DNA of 64,000 bases from the IMG/VR virus record IMGVR_UViG_3300029305_005079. One strand, given 5' to 3'. The notes under the pieces were generated by a model, which saw only the letters and a list, made by a program, of their open reading frames with translations, searched no databases and was not told where the DNA came from. The stretch comes from an uncultured virus (IMG/VR IMGVR_UViG_3300029305_005079) (lineage: Duplodnaviria; Heunggongvirae; Uroviricota; Caudoviricetes). The position numbers and the translations under genes are program-made. Of the stretch, positions 9,815 to 21,200 are shown one piece after another (the stretch's first letter is position 1; each line of letters starts with the position of its first letter).

Positions 9815-10350
9815 TTGTTATATACCCCTTCGGTAAACTTTTTATCTATCTCTTTAAATTTCTTTTTACAATCTTTATATAAAGAAAATACGCTTCCAGA
9901 AATAAGTAATAAGATAAAAGCTTCAATGATTAATATAATAATCATCCACCAAGCACAATTACCAATAGTGCTAAATGCATAAATTCCGAAACATAAACAT
10001 GTGGTAATTGTATTTAATAAATTCCATGTAGATTTATTATTAATCGTCTCATCAAAATCATTAAAATCGAATGACATTTTTCGTCTATTCTCCTGATCTT
10101 CTGCCATAGATATCTTAAGACCAAGATTATATTTATCCATAAATTTCAATTCCGATAGTAAACAGGAAAAGAATATTCCAGTATAAAGTAAAGTTAAGAG
10201 TATCTCTATAGGCAAGAATATATGCCATAGCGATTTATCTTGTATAAAATATTGAGCGGTGTAGAATACAGTAAAGAATGTAAATATTGTACTGTATATT
10301 GTATTTCTTCTTGCTAATGTTTTGTAAGCTTTTCTCATAATAACCTCCAT
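9811..10350 (-). CDS. membrane protein (~4 TM)
   Basis: hydrophobic segments; true start may be 10338. Confidence 0.65.
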   Translation of the reverse strand: MEVIMRKAYKTLARRNTIYSTIFTFFTVFYTAQYFIQDKSLWHIFLPIEILLTLLYTGIFFSCLLSELKFMDKYNLGLKISMAEDQENRRKMSFDFNDFDETINNKSTWNLLNTITTCLCFGIYAFSTIGNCAWWMIIILIIEAFILLLISGSVFSLYKDCKKKFKEIDKKFTEGVYNK

Positions 10351-10458
10351 ATTTTTTTAAATTATTTCATGGTTGATCTAGTATTATAATACTAATAAAA
10401 TAGCTTATATACTAAAAATAATACGGGAATAGCAATCAGCTACTCCCGTATTTTACTT

Positions 10459-10923
10459 TTATTTACTATTCATCATTTTATCTGTAAGATCTGATTTAAT
10501 TCTACTTACTAAAATCTTTCTTCCAATCATATACCTTGCAGCAAACCCTCTAAATATATCTCTATAATCATCAAAATGGGCTCTACCTTCTAAAATATCA
10601 CCAAGCTCTTTTTGATACAATGCGGCAAATCCTGCAGCCAATGGCAAATAGTCTGCGGTTTCTTCTTCTATTTCACATGCACTATTATTTATAAATACTT
10701 CGTATGGTAGATATTTTCCATCATTTCTATATAAAATAGGAACACTTGTCCCATTACTTTTAACCCTATCTCTGCAAATTTTAACTCTAGGGCCATGGTG
10801 GCCAGATTGTTTTTCTACAGAAATATCTATTTTGAATTTATTGCCTCCGAATTTATCTACAGAAATTTCTGTTAAGATTTCTGCATTATCGGACTTTTTC
10901 TGTTTAGTAAAATTAAGCATCAT
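10459..10923 (-). CDS. hypothetical protein (HGPRVK motif)
   Basis: RBS AGGAGG; followed by a terminator. Confidence 0.65.
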   Translation of the reverse strand: MMLNFTKQKKSDNAEILTEISVDKFGGNKFKIDISVEKQSGHHGPRVKICRDRVKSNGTSVPILYRNDGKYLPYEVFINNSACEIEEETADYLPLAAGFAALYQKELGDILEGRAHFDDYRDIFRGFAARYMIGRKILVSRIKSDLTDKMMNSK

Positions 10924-10936
10924 TATATGAATCCTC

Positions 10937-11410
10937 CTAATCGATATAGTTAGTAGACATCAATATATTCGGATTTTTTCCAGATATATCATAGTCATAA
11001 AGCATAGCTTTTGCAAAATCGCAATTTATCGTATTATCTTTACCTTTATATAAATAATGATATTCTACTTGCTGCAGTTTAAAAGCTTTGTCAATATAAA
11101 TATACACAGCTACAGAACTTCCAACTGTAGACCTAAAACGCTCTTTTAAACCATTTTCAGCATACATTAAATCCGCTTTTTCGAGTGGTATAATTCCACC
11201 ATACCCGATAAATGAAATTCTATATCCATCATCTTCTTTACATACAGAATCGTATGTAATGCCATATTTTGGAATAAGAATTTCATAATCACTAATTATC
11301 GGATTTTTGATAGCTCTTAATTCTAATTCTTCTCCATAAAATCCTTTTGTTTTAATTACTCGCTCTTTAAAATTGAGTAGTTTTCTTTTCTTTTTATTAG
11401 TTAAAAACAT
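10937..11410 (-). CDS. hypothetical protein
   Basis: RBS AGGAGGT; early promoter 11437-11448. Confidence 0.65.
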   Translation of the reverse strand: MFLTNKKKRKLLNFKERVIKTKGFYGEELELRAIKNPIISDYEILIPKYGITYDSVCKEDDGYRISFIGYGGIIPLEKADLMYAENGLKERFRSTVGSSVAVYIYIDKAFKLQQVEYHYLYKGKDNTINCDFAKAMLYDYDISGKNPNILMSTNYID

Positions 11411-11500
11411 AGTATTATATACCTCCTTTTCTACATATATAATATGTAATTATAAAAGAAAACATGGAAGACTCTTATGATAAGAGTCTTCCATAAGTCA

Positions 11501-11965
11501 TTATTTATCGTAATTTTTCAGATATGTTATAGCTTTGCTATATTCGTTTTGGTAGAATAAGCAGAATATGATTAATAAGGTTACATTCACTACAAGAGCA
11601 ATAACCCATAAATTCATTCCAGTATTATTAACAAATACACTTCCTACAGATAATAGTCCATGACATATAGATACTGCTAAATTATATACAAACGGATATT
11701 TTGTATATTCCTTAGAATAAGCAATACGCCTGGGGGAGAATCTTAATTTATTTATGCATGTGCCATTTACTACATATATTACATCTACAATCCATGCAAG
11801 AGCAAAGAAAATAATAGACATAATATTGAATTTTTCAACATTTTCTATATTTCCATACAGAATGATGGTAAAGACGTTGATAAAAATAAAAACAACATGC
11901 ATAAGAATTCTTACGATGCTGAATACGTTTATCAGCTTCCAAGGTCTTTCAGAAATATTACTCAT
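11501..11965 (-). CDS. membrane protein (~4 TM)
   Basis: hydrophobic segments; RBS AAGGAG; late-type promoter 11994-12005. Confidence 0.65.
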   Translation of the reverse strand: MSNISERPWKLINVFSIVRILMHVVFIFINVFTIILYGNIENVEKFNIMSIIFFALAWIVDVIYVVNGTCINKLRFSPRRIAYSKEYTKYPFVYNLAVSICHGLLSVGSVFVNNTGMNLWVIALVVNVTLLIIFCLFYQNEYSKAITYLKNYDK

Positions 11966-12046
11966 AATATATCAATCTCCTTTTCTAAAGATTTAATAAT
12001 AAGTTGATATAAGGGTAGGATTTCTCCTACCCTTATATTTTCTTAT

Positions 12047-13117
12047 TTAAATATTGATCTCTGGATCTGATTCAGAATCTTCAAAGATATATAGATGGAC
12101 CTCATTCTGTGTACCATCATTCCTATCTTTGGAACGATTTAAACAGATTCGGCTACCTATATAGTCCTGATTTCCTACAAGCTGATTATGAATTTTGTTT
12201 AGCACTCTGCCTTCCATATCTGGATCTTTTGTTTTAATGATAATTTGTTTTCTTATCATATCTTCAGATTCTGAATTCTTGGGTTCAGTAACGTTAGATG
12301 CTTTGGGTAAACCGAATGCTTCTAGTTTGTATCCGCTTACTTTAATTCTTTCAGCATTATCCATTCCAAAGAGCTTGCATATTGTTTCCCATTGTGCAGC
12401 AGTCCAATCCTCTGGTTCAAGAATTAACGGCTCGTGCGCTACTCCAAAATCATGATACCCGTATTCTGTCAAATATGGTAAAAAGTCTTTATATGTCTTT
12501 CCGGCATTGAATGATGCCTTATAGTTTTTACGCATATATACGCCATTTTCTTTTACCATATTTGCTATAAAATCTATTGCTTCCGAAGGTAATTTTACAA
12601 CACCGCTTCCTATATTTGACGATATGATAATGTCCCCATTGTTTAGGATTGTTATAGATATAATTATGCATTTATATATAAAACACATAATCCCTTGTTC
12701 TGTAGGAAGATTTTCATTCCATGATATCTCATCTTTAAAAACCTCATTCAATTTTGCTCTTATTGAGAGCAAACTTCTGAGCTTTGTGTTCATTTCATTT
12801 TCCATAGTTTTTCTCCTTATCTTTGTTATTATATGATTACATAAGTTGTCATATGATACAATCCCATCAATACCATCTATTACGATATTGACTTTTGTGC
12901 CTGCTTCTCCGTATACGTTGCTTACCACAACATATTCGTCTTGATTTTCTAATACCGGCCCGATCATTAGTGATACTGTATTATGATTCCAATCGATCAG
13001 GAATTCGATATTATTATCTTCCTCCATAGCGCTACTATTAATATTGCGCTCACCAAATTCGTGCATTAAAGCTTCCTTTAATACAGAATATCTCTCTTCA
13101 TGAATTGACTTTTCCAT
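12047..13117 (-). CDS. hypothetical multi-domain protein
   Basis: 356-aa ORF with RBS. Confidence 0.65.
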   Translation of the reverse strand: MEKSIHEERYSVLKEALMHEFGERNINSSAMEEDNNIEFLIDWNHNTVSLMIGPVLENQDEYVVVSNVYGEAGTKVNIVIDGIDGIVSYDNLCNHIITKIRRKTMENEMNTKLRSLLSIRAKLNEVFKDEISWNENLPTEQGIMCFIYKCIIISITILNNGDIIISSNIGSGVVKLPSEAIDFIANMVKENGVYMRKNYKASFNAGKTYKDFLPYLTEYGYHDFGVAHEPLILEPEDWTAAQWETICKLFGMDNAERIKVSGYKLEAFGLPKASNVTEPKNSESEDMIRKQIIIKTKDPDMEGRVLNKIHNQLVGNQDYIGSRICLNRSKDRNDGTQNEVHLYIFEDSESDPEINI

Positions 13118-13868
13118 AATTTAATACCTCCAAAATTAAACCATCAAAATATTTTAAAAAATCTGAAAGATCTTCAAGATTACGACTACCTGTGCTTATA
13201 AATCGGATTGTGCTAAAAGGCGCTTCGCCTATACGTACACTTTTTAAATATATATGCATTTTCATTTCTTTATAATTATCGCTATTATAAGATTCAAACT
13301 TTAAATGCATTATTTCACTTTTAGCATTGTCTTTAATAGTAAGTATATTATTGTATACACCATCCAAATCAAGACTCCAATTTGGATGATATTGCGAAAA
13401 ATATTTATAAATATTATTGACGATTCTGTAATATTTGTATAAGTTAAAAAGGTGGTTCATATTGTATATCACCGTCGTAGACCAGCTTAACTCAAGCCCT
13501 TTACCGAGTGCTTCATCGATACAAATACTAAAGAGTAAAGACTTTGATGATACATCATACTCCATATCGTGATAGGAATAAACCTTCCAACCAGTATCGT
13601 CGATAATCGCTTTTAATTTATCGATTTGGCTACGCATCTCACGATCATCATCAATTGATAAATAATATTGGGTTTTCGGTCTAAATGTACGCCCATCTAT
13701 AATAACTCGTGTATCATAAGGAATCGGTTCAGGCTGATGATTTCCTGTACCATAATTACCTTGGCGGATACTTATAGAATTCTCATTATCGTCATATCTC
13801 GAGATTAGGTCTCGCACTTCTGTACTGCTGAAGTCCAACCCCCAATCATCATATATTGAATTTGGCAT
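13098..13868 (-). CDS. hypothetical protein
   Basis: ORF with RBS. Confidence 0.65.
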   Translation of the reverse strand: MPNSIYDDWGLDFSSTEVRDLISRYDDNENSISIRQGNYGTGNHQPEPIPYDTRVIIDGRTFRPKTQYYLSIDDDREMRSQIDKLKAIIDDTGWKVYSYHDMEYDVSSKSLLFSICIDEALGKGLELSWSTTVIYNMNHLFNLYKYYRIVNNIYKYFSQYHPNWSLDLDGVYNNILTIKDNAKSEIMHLKFESYNSDNYKEMKMHIYLKSVRIGEAPFSTIRFISTGSRNLEDLSDFLKYFDGLILEVLNYGKVNS

Positions 13869-13892
13869 ATCTTCTACATACTCCTTGGAATA

Positions 13893-14327
13893 TTAGTTTT
13901 GCTTATTTTGCTTGAATTTGAACGTCCTATAAACGGGTTCGATTCCAGCTTTCTGCACCAATATATCACTAATTGGATATATTGCGTGGAGCAGTTCGGA
14001 TAGTTCGTCTGGCTTATGACCCATAGAAATAACTTCAAGCAGCTCTTCTTCGATAAGTTTTTCGATGATGAAGTCGGTAGTAAATCCTATAAGATCTTCT
14101 TCTTTCAATCTATCGCAGATCCATTCTACGAGTTCAACCTCATCGATAATTGTATCTCTGTCTTTAAAGTATTCACATGTATCCATACAAATAATCATTG
14201 GAAGATCCTTATCATACCCGAGTTCTTCAACCAAAAACTTTTCATAATCATCGATAGTATAATGTTTAAGTGGATTATTAAGCATTTTCTTTATCCTTTC
14301 ATTTTTTTTAGAAAATTGTTTTTGCAA
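13893..14327 (-). CDS. hypothetical protein
   Basis: ORF in operon; start uncertain. Confidence 0.6.
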   Translation of the reverse strand: MQKQFSKKNERIKKMLNNPLKHYTIDDYEKFLVEELGYDKDLPMIICMDTCEYFKDRDTIIDEVELVEWICDRLKEEDLIGFTTDFIIEKLIEEELLEVISMGHKPDELSELLHAIYPISDILVQKAGIEPVYRTFKFKQNKQN

Positions 14328-14889
14328 TATCTTTATAATTTTCGAGAAGTTTCTCTTTTGTACATACTTTTACTGTAAATCCATCTTTTTCTCGCTCGAA
14401 TTTACAAAAGTACATAGGAAAAGTTATCTTAAGATCTACACCTTCTGTATCTACGCCTGCAAAATTCTCGATATCCTCAGAATCTGTTTTTAAGGTTATA
14501 CGTGCAATACGTTTGGTACAGAAATCCATTTCGCTTTCTATTCCAGCAAGTATAGCTCCAGGATGTGTCTGCGATATTGGATAATCTTCATATCCATCAT
14601 TGCAGAATATATCTGGCTCGATACCATGAATATCGAAACTTGATAACCATATTCCATTATCGTTATAAGTTTCGATACTATCGTAAGTACCCTTTTCTAC
14701 AGGAGCAAATATTTTAGATCCTTCATTGATATCAACTTCAACCCTAATAAATATTTCGATAGAAGATAAACATTCAGATACAATGTCTATCATTTCTTGA
14801 ACATTTACAAAACACGATTTAACTATAGATTTTGGAATACCGTATTCTTCATCTATTCTATTTTTCATTTTAGTTATTCTCCTTTTCAT
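14308..14889 (-). CDS. hypothetical protein
   Basis: ORF in operon; start may be 14868. Confidence 0.6.
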   Translation of the reverse strand: MKRRITKMKNRIDEEYGIPKSIVKSCFVNVQEMIDIVSECLSSIEIFIRVEVDINEGSKIFAPVEKGTYDSIETYNDNGIWLSSFDIHGIEPDIFCNDGYEDYPISQTHPGAILAGIESEMDFCTKRIARITLKTDSEDIENFAGVDTEGVDLKITFPMYFCKFEREKDGFTVKVCTKEKLLENYKDIAKTIF

Positions 14890-15088
14890 CGATCTTATTC
14901 ATAAGAATTGAAAACATATCGCATGTCGAGGTAGCCACATTACCGACTGCCTCGCCTATTATATTAATACCATCTGCAGTATTTGCAGAGGCCTGTTTTT
15001 GATCCTCTCTAGCTCCCATCATAGCTCTAGAGTTCTTTGACTGTGAATTAAGTCTTCTTTGAATAAAGCTATCGTTAATGAAATTCAT
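14870..15088 (-). CDS. hypothetical protein
   Basis: ORF with RBS. Confidence 0.55.
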   Translation of the reverse strand: MNFINDSFIQRRLNSQSKNSRAMMGAREDQKQASANTADGINIIGEAVGNVATSTCDMFSILMNKIDEKENN

Positions 15089-15108
15089 AGTTTTTAATCC
15101 TTTCTTTT

Positions 15109-15327
15109 TTATAAATTTTTGAGATCGGCCAAAAGATTATCAAGCATGCACCCATTTTCTTCGATCATACGATCAATGTCTGCAAGTTCAGCCTCGATAC
15201 CAATTCTACTATTTTCAATAGAAGTAAATGCTTCTTCAATCTGAGCCATTCGTCTTTTATGATTTTCCATAAAAGTTTCGCGAGCTGTATCTACCTCGCT
15301 AAAGTTAAAAGTTCTTGTGATTTCCAT
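15109..15327 (-). CDS. small coiled-coil protein
   Basis: RBS AAGGAG; early promoter 15403-15414. Confidence 0.6.
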   Translation of the reverse strand: MEITRTFNFSEVDTARETFMENHKRRMAQIEEAFTSIENSRIGIEAELADIDRMIEENGCMLDNLLADLKNL

Positions 15328-15480
15328 TTTTTTAAATTCTCCTTTTAATTAAATAAATAAGTTTTTGTCGATAGAAGTTTGTCTGATTTCTTCTATTCAC
15401 TTTTATAATATCTACTCAAAATATACTGAAATTACAAAAAAAAATAAAGCAGAGAGACAAATCTCTCTGCTTTATTATAG

Positions 15481-15759
15481 TTAATGGACATTCCAACGTA
15501 TATTATCATACGCTTTATATATTTTTGCCCATAGAATATCGAATATTGAAACTATAGATCCATATTTATAATGACCATTTCCGATATTATACAACAAAAT
15601 CCGTACTCCTTTATATTTAATTATATGAGCATTATATCCCATATTTGGAGCATGCATTATATGCTTAATTGTATCAAGATCTGGATCCAGAAATGAATTC
15701 TGCTCCAAATAATCTTGAAGTTCTATAGCTCGTTGCCATTTTGATTTCTTTTTATCCAT
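15481..15759 (-). CDS. hypothetical protein
   Basis: RBS GAGGTG. Confidence 0.6.
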   Translation of the reverse strand: MDKKKSKWQRAIELQDYLEQNSFLDPDLDTIKHIMHAPNMGYNAHIIKYKGVRILLYNIGNGHYKYGSIVSIFDILWAKIYKAYDNIRWNVH

Positions 15760-15769
15760 CTATATCACC

Positions 15770-16540
15770 TCAATCATTTAGCCAATTTTTAAGATATCTA
15801 AATATATCTTCAAGTCTGCCATCTCCGATAAAATAATGTTTATCATAAGACTTATGTCCATGTACATAATGAGAAACTTTCATCATAACCGGCATCCATC
15901 TTCGGCTTCTTTCATCTTTAAAGAATGTTACATTTTCGAGTACAATTAGTCTGGATAATCCGAAATCACCCTCAACAGCAAATATCGAATGTTTTGCACC
16001 TTCAAAGGTTAATAATTCGTATCTTAAGTTAAAATATTTAATATTTCCGCTTATCTCTTTAAAAAGAGACGCATCGAAATTAATATTATTAAATTTTTGA
16101 ACTCTTACTAAACCCTTAGCTCTATCGTTTTCATAATAGATTGAATCGGGGTTTGTAGGACCACAAAATTCATATTTTGCTAACTTTGCAAGATGCTGTA
16201 TCTTAAAATATTCTGTTGGACTGGTGCAAGTAATATAGTTTCCAAAATTTGGCCATGCTTTGTTGATAATACCGCTACGCATAATTGTACTCATAATACC
16301 GATATTTCTAAACGCTTCATGTAAATATATATGAAGATCATCATTATCCATATTATAAATAATACCAGCACGTTTACCATTATAAACAATAAGCAAGTAG
16401 TATCCATCAAAATTATCATAACTATAGCTATCAAACTTGAGCAAAACTATGTCATTATCTATACCATAGCACTCTTTATACACATTAATATCTATCTCAT
16501 CAGTTAAACGTGATAAAGATTTATTAGTCATTATTATCAT
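15770..16540 (-). CDS. hypothetical protein with possible N-terminal GNAT-like domain
   Basis: LHIYLHEAFRNIGIMS resembles GNAT motif A. Confidence 0.5.
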   Translation of the reverse strand: MIIMTNKSLSRLTDEIDINVYKECYGIDNDIVLLKFDSYSYDNFDGYYLLIVYNGKRAGIIYNMDNDDLHIYLHEAFRNIGIMSTIMRSGIINKAWPNFGNYITCTSPTEYFKIQHLAKLAKYEFCGPTNPDSIYYENDRAKGLVRVQKFNNINFDASLFKEISGNIKYFNLRYELLTFEGAKHSIFAVEGDFGLSRLIVLENVTFFKDERSRRWMPVMMKVSHYVHGHKSYDKHYFIGDGRLEDIFRYLKNWLND

Positions 16541-17078
16541 CCTTCCTTTCTAATATCACAGCCCTTGAAATTGCTAATTTAAAATCCTGCTCTGAAATAA
16601 ACTGAGATAGATAGTATTTCCCTTTAATTAAATAAAGAGCCAAATATTTTGTAAAACTTTCTAAAATACGCATATTCATTTCTGTATCCGATTTGGTAAA
16701 ATATGCATATTTAGTGAATTGAACAATTTCATCCTTTTTATAAGACATAAGCTGTTTAATATCCATCGTACATACACCAATTCTGTATACATATAGACTT
16801 CCATCATTAAGCCCCATGCAGCGTATTTCAAAAATTTCAAGCATTCTATCCTGCCAGATGATTCTAATATCATAAGTGCCGGAATTATAAAAATCGTTAG
16901 ATGCCGATTGATAATCAATTCTTACATCTTCTGGCAATTTATCCATTAGCATTTTCAAGAATTTCTTTAGCAAAGATTCTGGATACATTAATTGTATCTT
17001 TTCATCTTTGCCCATTGCATGCTCGATTGTAATAGGAGCATGTGCTATAAATTCGCTAGATTCAATATTGTTTTTCAT
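16524..17078 (-). CDS. hypothetical protein, tandem paralog family
   Basis: PITIEHAMGKDE N-terminus similar to the two upstream genes. Confidence 0.65.
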   Translation of the reverse strand: MKNNIESSEFIAHAPITIEHAMGKDEKIQLMYPESLLKKFLKMLMDKLPEDVRIDYQSASNDFYNSGTYDIRIIWQDRMLEIFEIRCMGLNDGSLYVYRIGVCTMDIKQLMSYKKDEIVQFTKYAYFTKSDTEMNMRILESFTKYLALYLIKGKYYLSQFISEQDFKLAISRAVILERKDDNND

Positions 17079-17092
17079 ATGTCTTTATCTCC

Positions 17093-17626
17093 TTACAAGC
17101 CAAGACTTTCGGCAGTTATAATCTCTTCGGAAATATAATTTCCTGTTTGCATATAAATACGTAATGCTTTTACAAAAGTATCTATAAGAGTAATATTTAT
17201 AGAAGGGGTTCCATATGGTTTAAATATTACACAAACTCTATTTGCATTGGCTATATCTACATTATCTTGCATCATACCTTCTGGTTTGGATAGATCATTT
17301 AAATAGCAAGTAATTTGGGTTAAGATATAATAGTCGTTATCTACAGTTTTTGAACATTTTATCGCCCCAAGTCGTATAGCTTTATTGTTATAAGAAATCA
17401 TAAGGGTATAAGAACCGGGCGCGAAAAATACAGATCTTTCACTTAAATCGCCGCTAACGCTTATAGCCCAATCTGGTAACCCATTTAACAGGTTTTCAAG
17501 AAAGTAATTAATTAATTCGCCAGCTTTTTCAAATTCTTTCTTTCCCTTATCTTCTCTTGTAGCTGCACGCTCAAGATCTACAGGAATTGCATTAAAGATT
17601 TCATTGATTTGGACATTGTCTTTCAT
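17093..17626 (-). CDS. hypothetical protein, tandem paralog family
   Basis: IFNAIPVDLERAATRED; early promoter 17666-17677. Confidence 0.65.
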   Translation of the reverse strand: MKDNVQINEIFNAIPVDLERAATREDKGKKEFEKAGELINYFLENLLNGLPDWAISVSGDLSERSVFFAPGSYTLMISYNNKAIRLGAIKCSKTVDNDYYILTQITCYLNDLSKPEGMMQDNVDIANANRVCVIFKPYGTPSINITLIDTFVKALRIYMQTGNYISEEIITAESLGL

Positions 17627-17726
17627 ATTATTCCTCCTAAGAAATAAATTTTATTTTATACATGATTATAATATACACTCAAAAAAAAATAAAAGGAAGA
17701 GCTTTAAAACAGCTCTTCCTTTCTTC

Positions 17727-18206
17727 TCATTCGAGTTCATCTTTTGAAATATAGGTATGGATGACCTCTCCTGTATTTAAAAATGTTTTAAATACTTTTA
17801 CAAGTAGATCTATTAGTTTATTATCGATTATATCGTCAGACTCTATGTCAAATTCTATTTCTCCTTGCTGAGGGAATCCAGCATTATAATCCATATCGCA
17901 GAAATAGAATCCTATATGATGCAATCGTACAATAGGATTATTCGCAAACTTTATACAGTTGAAATTGTTTATAATTATTTCACGTTTATCGCGTCTAATT
18001 ATAGACTTACATATATAAGATTCATGATAACCCGTATATTCAAAACTTCTTAAATCTATATATGCCATAGGGTTTTCTTCTTTTATCTTATCGAAAAGCG
18101 TTTCGATAAGTTTAGCAGCACATTTAAATTCATCCATATTTCTATCTTCTCTTGTTATAGCATGACTAATATTGATAGGAATATTATTAAAAATAGTTTT
18201 ATCCAT
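17727..18206 (-). CDS. hypothetical protein, tandem paralog family
   Basis: IFNNIPINISHAITRED. Confidence 0.65.
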   Translation of the reverse strand: MDKTIFNNIPINISHAITREDRNMDEFKCAAKLIETLFDKIKEENPMAYIDLRSFEYTGYHESYICKSIIRRDKREIIINNFNCIKFANNPIVRLHHIGFYFCDMDYNAGFPQQGEIEFDIESDDIIDNKLIDLLVKVFKTFLNTGEVIHTYISKDELE

Positions 18207-18266
18207 AATTATATCTCCAAAATTATTATATAGAGGAAGAGTATGTATAACTCTTCCTCTATATTT

Positions 18267-21200
18267 TTAAATAAGGCTGATATACATAAGAATTTCTTCG
18301 CATATCAACTCCGGAATTACAGTAATTCGCTGACCGTCTAACTCGCAATCTTCAGGATCAATAATTTCAAATTCACTACTAAGAATGACAGCAATAATAC
18401 CAAGAATATGCTTCTCAATCTTATCATTCCTATACTTGTCTTTGATCTTTTCCCAAAGAGGAGAAGACTCCAGCTTGGTAAGCTCTTTCTTATTCACATT
18501 CTTACGTGTAGCAAGACGCAATACTTTAGAGCTTACGATATGAGGCAGCATAACCATTCCAGAAGCTTCTAGAATTCGCTTTGCTGCAATAATAAGCACA
18601 ATATAATCATCCAGATTGATCATATTTAACGCTGAGGTCATTTATATTCATATAAGGTCGTTAATCTTATACCGTTCTCTTATGAACTGCTATATGTCAC
18701 CATATAGATTAGACTATATCTTTATCCACTTATTTCAGTTGGGATAACTACCATTTCCACTCACTTGAGTGTACGTCTTATTAGACTAGTCGTTGAACCT
18801 TTCTATTATAGAATTGCAATTTTAAGATACATACATCCGTTAGAATCTATATCCGGCTCTATATTATATACTTGCTGTTTCATATATATTTCCGGAATAT
18901 CGTTTATATCTGAATAGATATGATGTATATCGCGATCATTCGCATCAAAACATTCTCGAATAGGTACAATCTTATATTTATAAGAATTTTGCCTAACTCC
19001 AGGATTTTGATGCTCTAAAATATCAGATAATTTTAAAATCATATCTTTAATCCTCCTATACTAGACTTGGCTGCTGATTGTCTCTCTCGAGAGTTCCCAG
19101 CAATTAAATAGTTGTTGTTTTCTCTGTATATTCCTATACAGGGGAACTTTCTCAAATCCCCAAAATACTTGAAAAATAAGTTAAATACTAAATCTCTCTG
19201 GAATGCATTTACGGTACATTTTGCTCCATCTGATAGTCTATGCTTATAATACTGAATCTCATCAGGATCAAAAGGACCGTACATAAGCTTTATTTGATTC
19301 ATAGCATCATCTGACGCTGTCTGTGCTTGTACTAACAGCGCAGTATCAGCTTTGTTGAGAAAACTTTCGAACTTGTCGAATTCACTCGTTTGTGTTCACA
19401 TAGGTCGCTAATCTATGCAGTTCTCTTATGAACTTCTATATATTTCTATACAGACCAGACTATATCATTACCCACTTATTTCAGTTGGGGTACTCTCCAT
19501 TTCGAACTCGCTTGAGCCCTACTCTACTTGATTCATCTATATACTTAAATGTCTTTCGATAGTCGTTGAACCTTCCTATATAGATAGGCTTGGCTGCTGA
19601 TTATCCCTACATGTATGATCAGAGGATTTCCCAGCAATTAAAAGAGTTTATTGTCATAGCATTCCTACTATGCTGAACTAGTTGTAATATTAATTCAGAT
19701 CTTCGTCACGTCTGGACGAGGAGAGCGAAATAAAACTAAATTCGTATTCTATATCCAAAATCTGGAAGCCTGTATTGCGTAAGATTGATTTATAATTAAG
19801 ATGGACAAGGTTGCCATCATAACGATACTTAGGCATAATATTTATCAATACATTCTGTACAGATTGTAGAGTATGAATACTTGTATTTATACCTCTAATA
19901 TCCTGCATATTCCAAATAGTCTGATTTCGTTTAGCAGTTCTCAGAACATTTGAGATTGCAGTTTCGTAGAGTTTGTTATATATGTCTATATCATACTTTC
20001 TGTCATATTGTTCGATAAGTATGTCATAGACACTTAAAATAAATTCCGTGGAATTGGTAATCCCACGGGCATACATAAAATGACACATTAATGGAATCAT
20101 ACAATTCATAATGGTAGATGCTTTCATCATCACCTGACCATGTCTCGTTATTTTCACCTAGACCGCGGCTAGGCAGTTATCAATCAAACTGTTACTAAGA
20201 TTGATATCATCTTTAGGATTTGCCTAAAGACAAGACTATATCTTCACCTTCAGCTCTACCTGTTAAGGTGCTCCCCATTTCGGATCTCGCTTGAGTCCTA
20301 CTCTACTCACTACTTCTATAAACGCCGGTGGTATTTATAGAAATGTTTTCGATAGTCGTTGAACCTTCAAACTGCGCCCTCCCCGGGCTTTATGTACTTC
20401 CGTGCGCCAGGGTTAAAAAGGTAAAAATGTGTTTCGTGGTTTGCCAATAAAAAGAAAAATACGTTCAATAAAAAGTTTCTGGTGCCGATGACAGGACTTG
20501 AACCTGCACGGACTTATCCACTGGTTCCTAAGACCAGCGTGTCTGCCAATTCCACCACATCGGCATATATTTATTAAAGCAAACAAACGAACTTCCAGGG
20601 TTTGGGGCGGCGTAGTGCTTGGCTGCTGATTGTCGATTGTCGATAATACTTAGAGTTTCCTCATATATCATCTTATCTGTTTTTTCTGACTTTCGTCTCT
20701 ATGGGAGCATGACGATAACTTTACGCCTTCTCCTGTAGTGGATAAGCTTTACGACTTCCCAGCAATTAGAGGAGTTTGTTCCGCTATATTTCTATATCGG
20801 AGTGACTAAAATTTTGTTGTAATCACTGTATTGCAAATTCGGATTCTTGAGATTTTTGTACGTCAAATTCAAAGAGTAGTTATCTCTATTCATGTATCCA
20901 ACTTTAAGAGAAATGGATCCATTCATAATATAACGTGTCAAATCGTAGAAGAATGCTTCTCTCGTATATGCAGGCTCATAATCGATAAGATACTTAAGTC
21001 TGCAATATATCATAGGAAGCTCATGCTCTAAGTCATAGAATTTTTCAAAGTAATTTAAATACTGAATTGTATGAGCTCTCATCTCAGGATTATTATAAGA
21101 ACGTTTCGTACTCATTACAAAGGCATCGAGCTGAGGATTCGGCTCCATACCAAAAAAGGAAGAAACGTCTAACATAATTGCCCCTCGGACGGTCTTGAAG

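Noticed and set aside
20528..20530. tRNA 'TAG' as amber suppressor or sign of recoded genetic code
   Set aside because: Anticodon UAG reads Leu CUA. TAG is used as a normal stop (e.g. 10937, 30472), and the broken genes are explained by introns.
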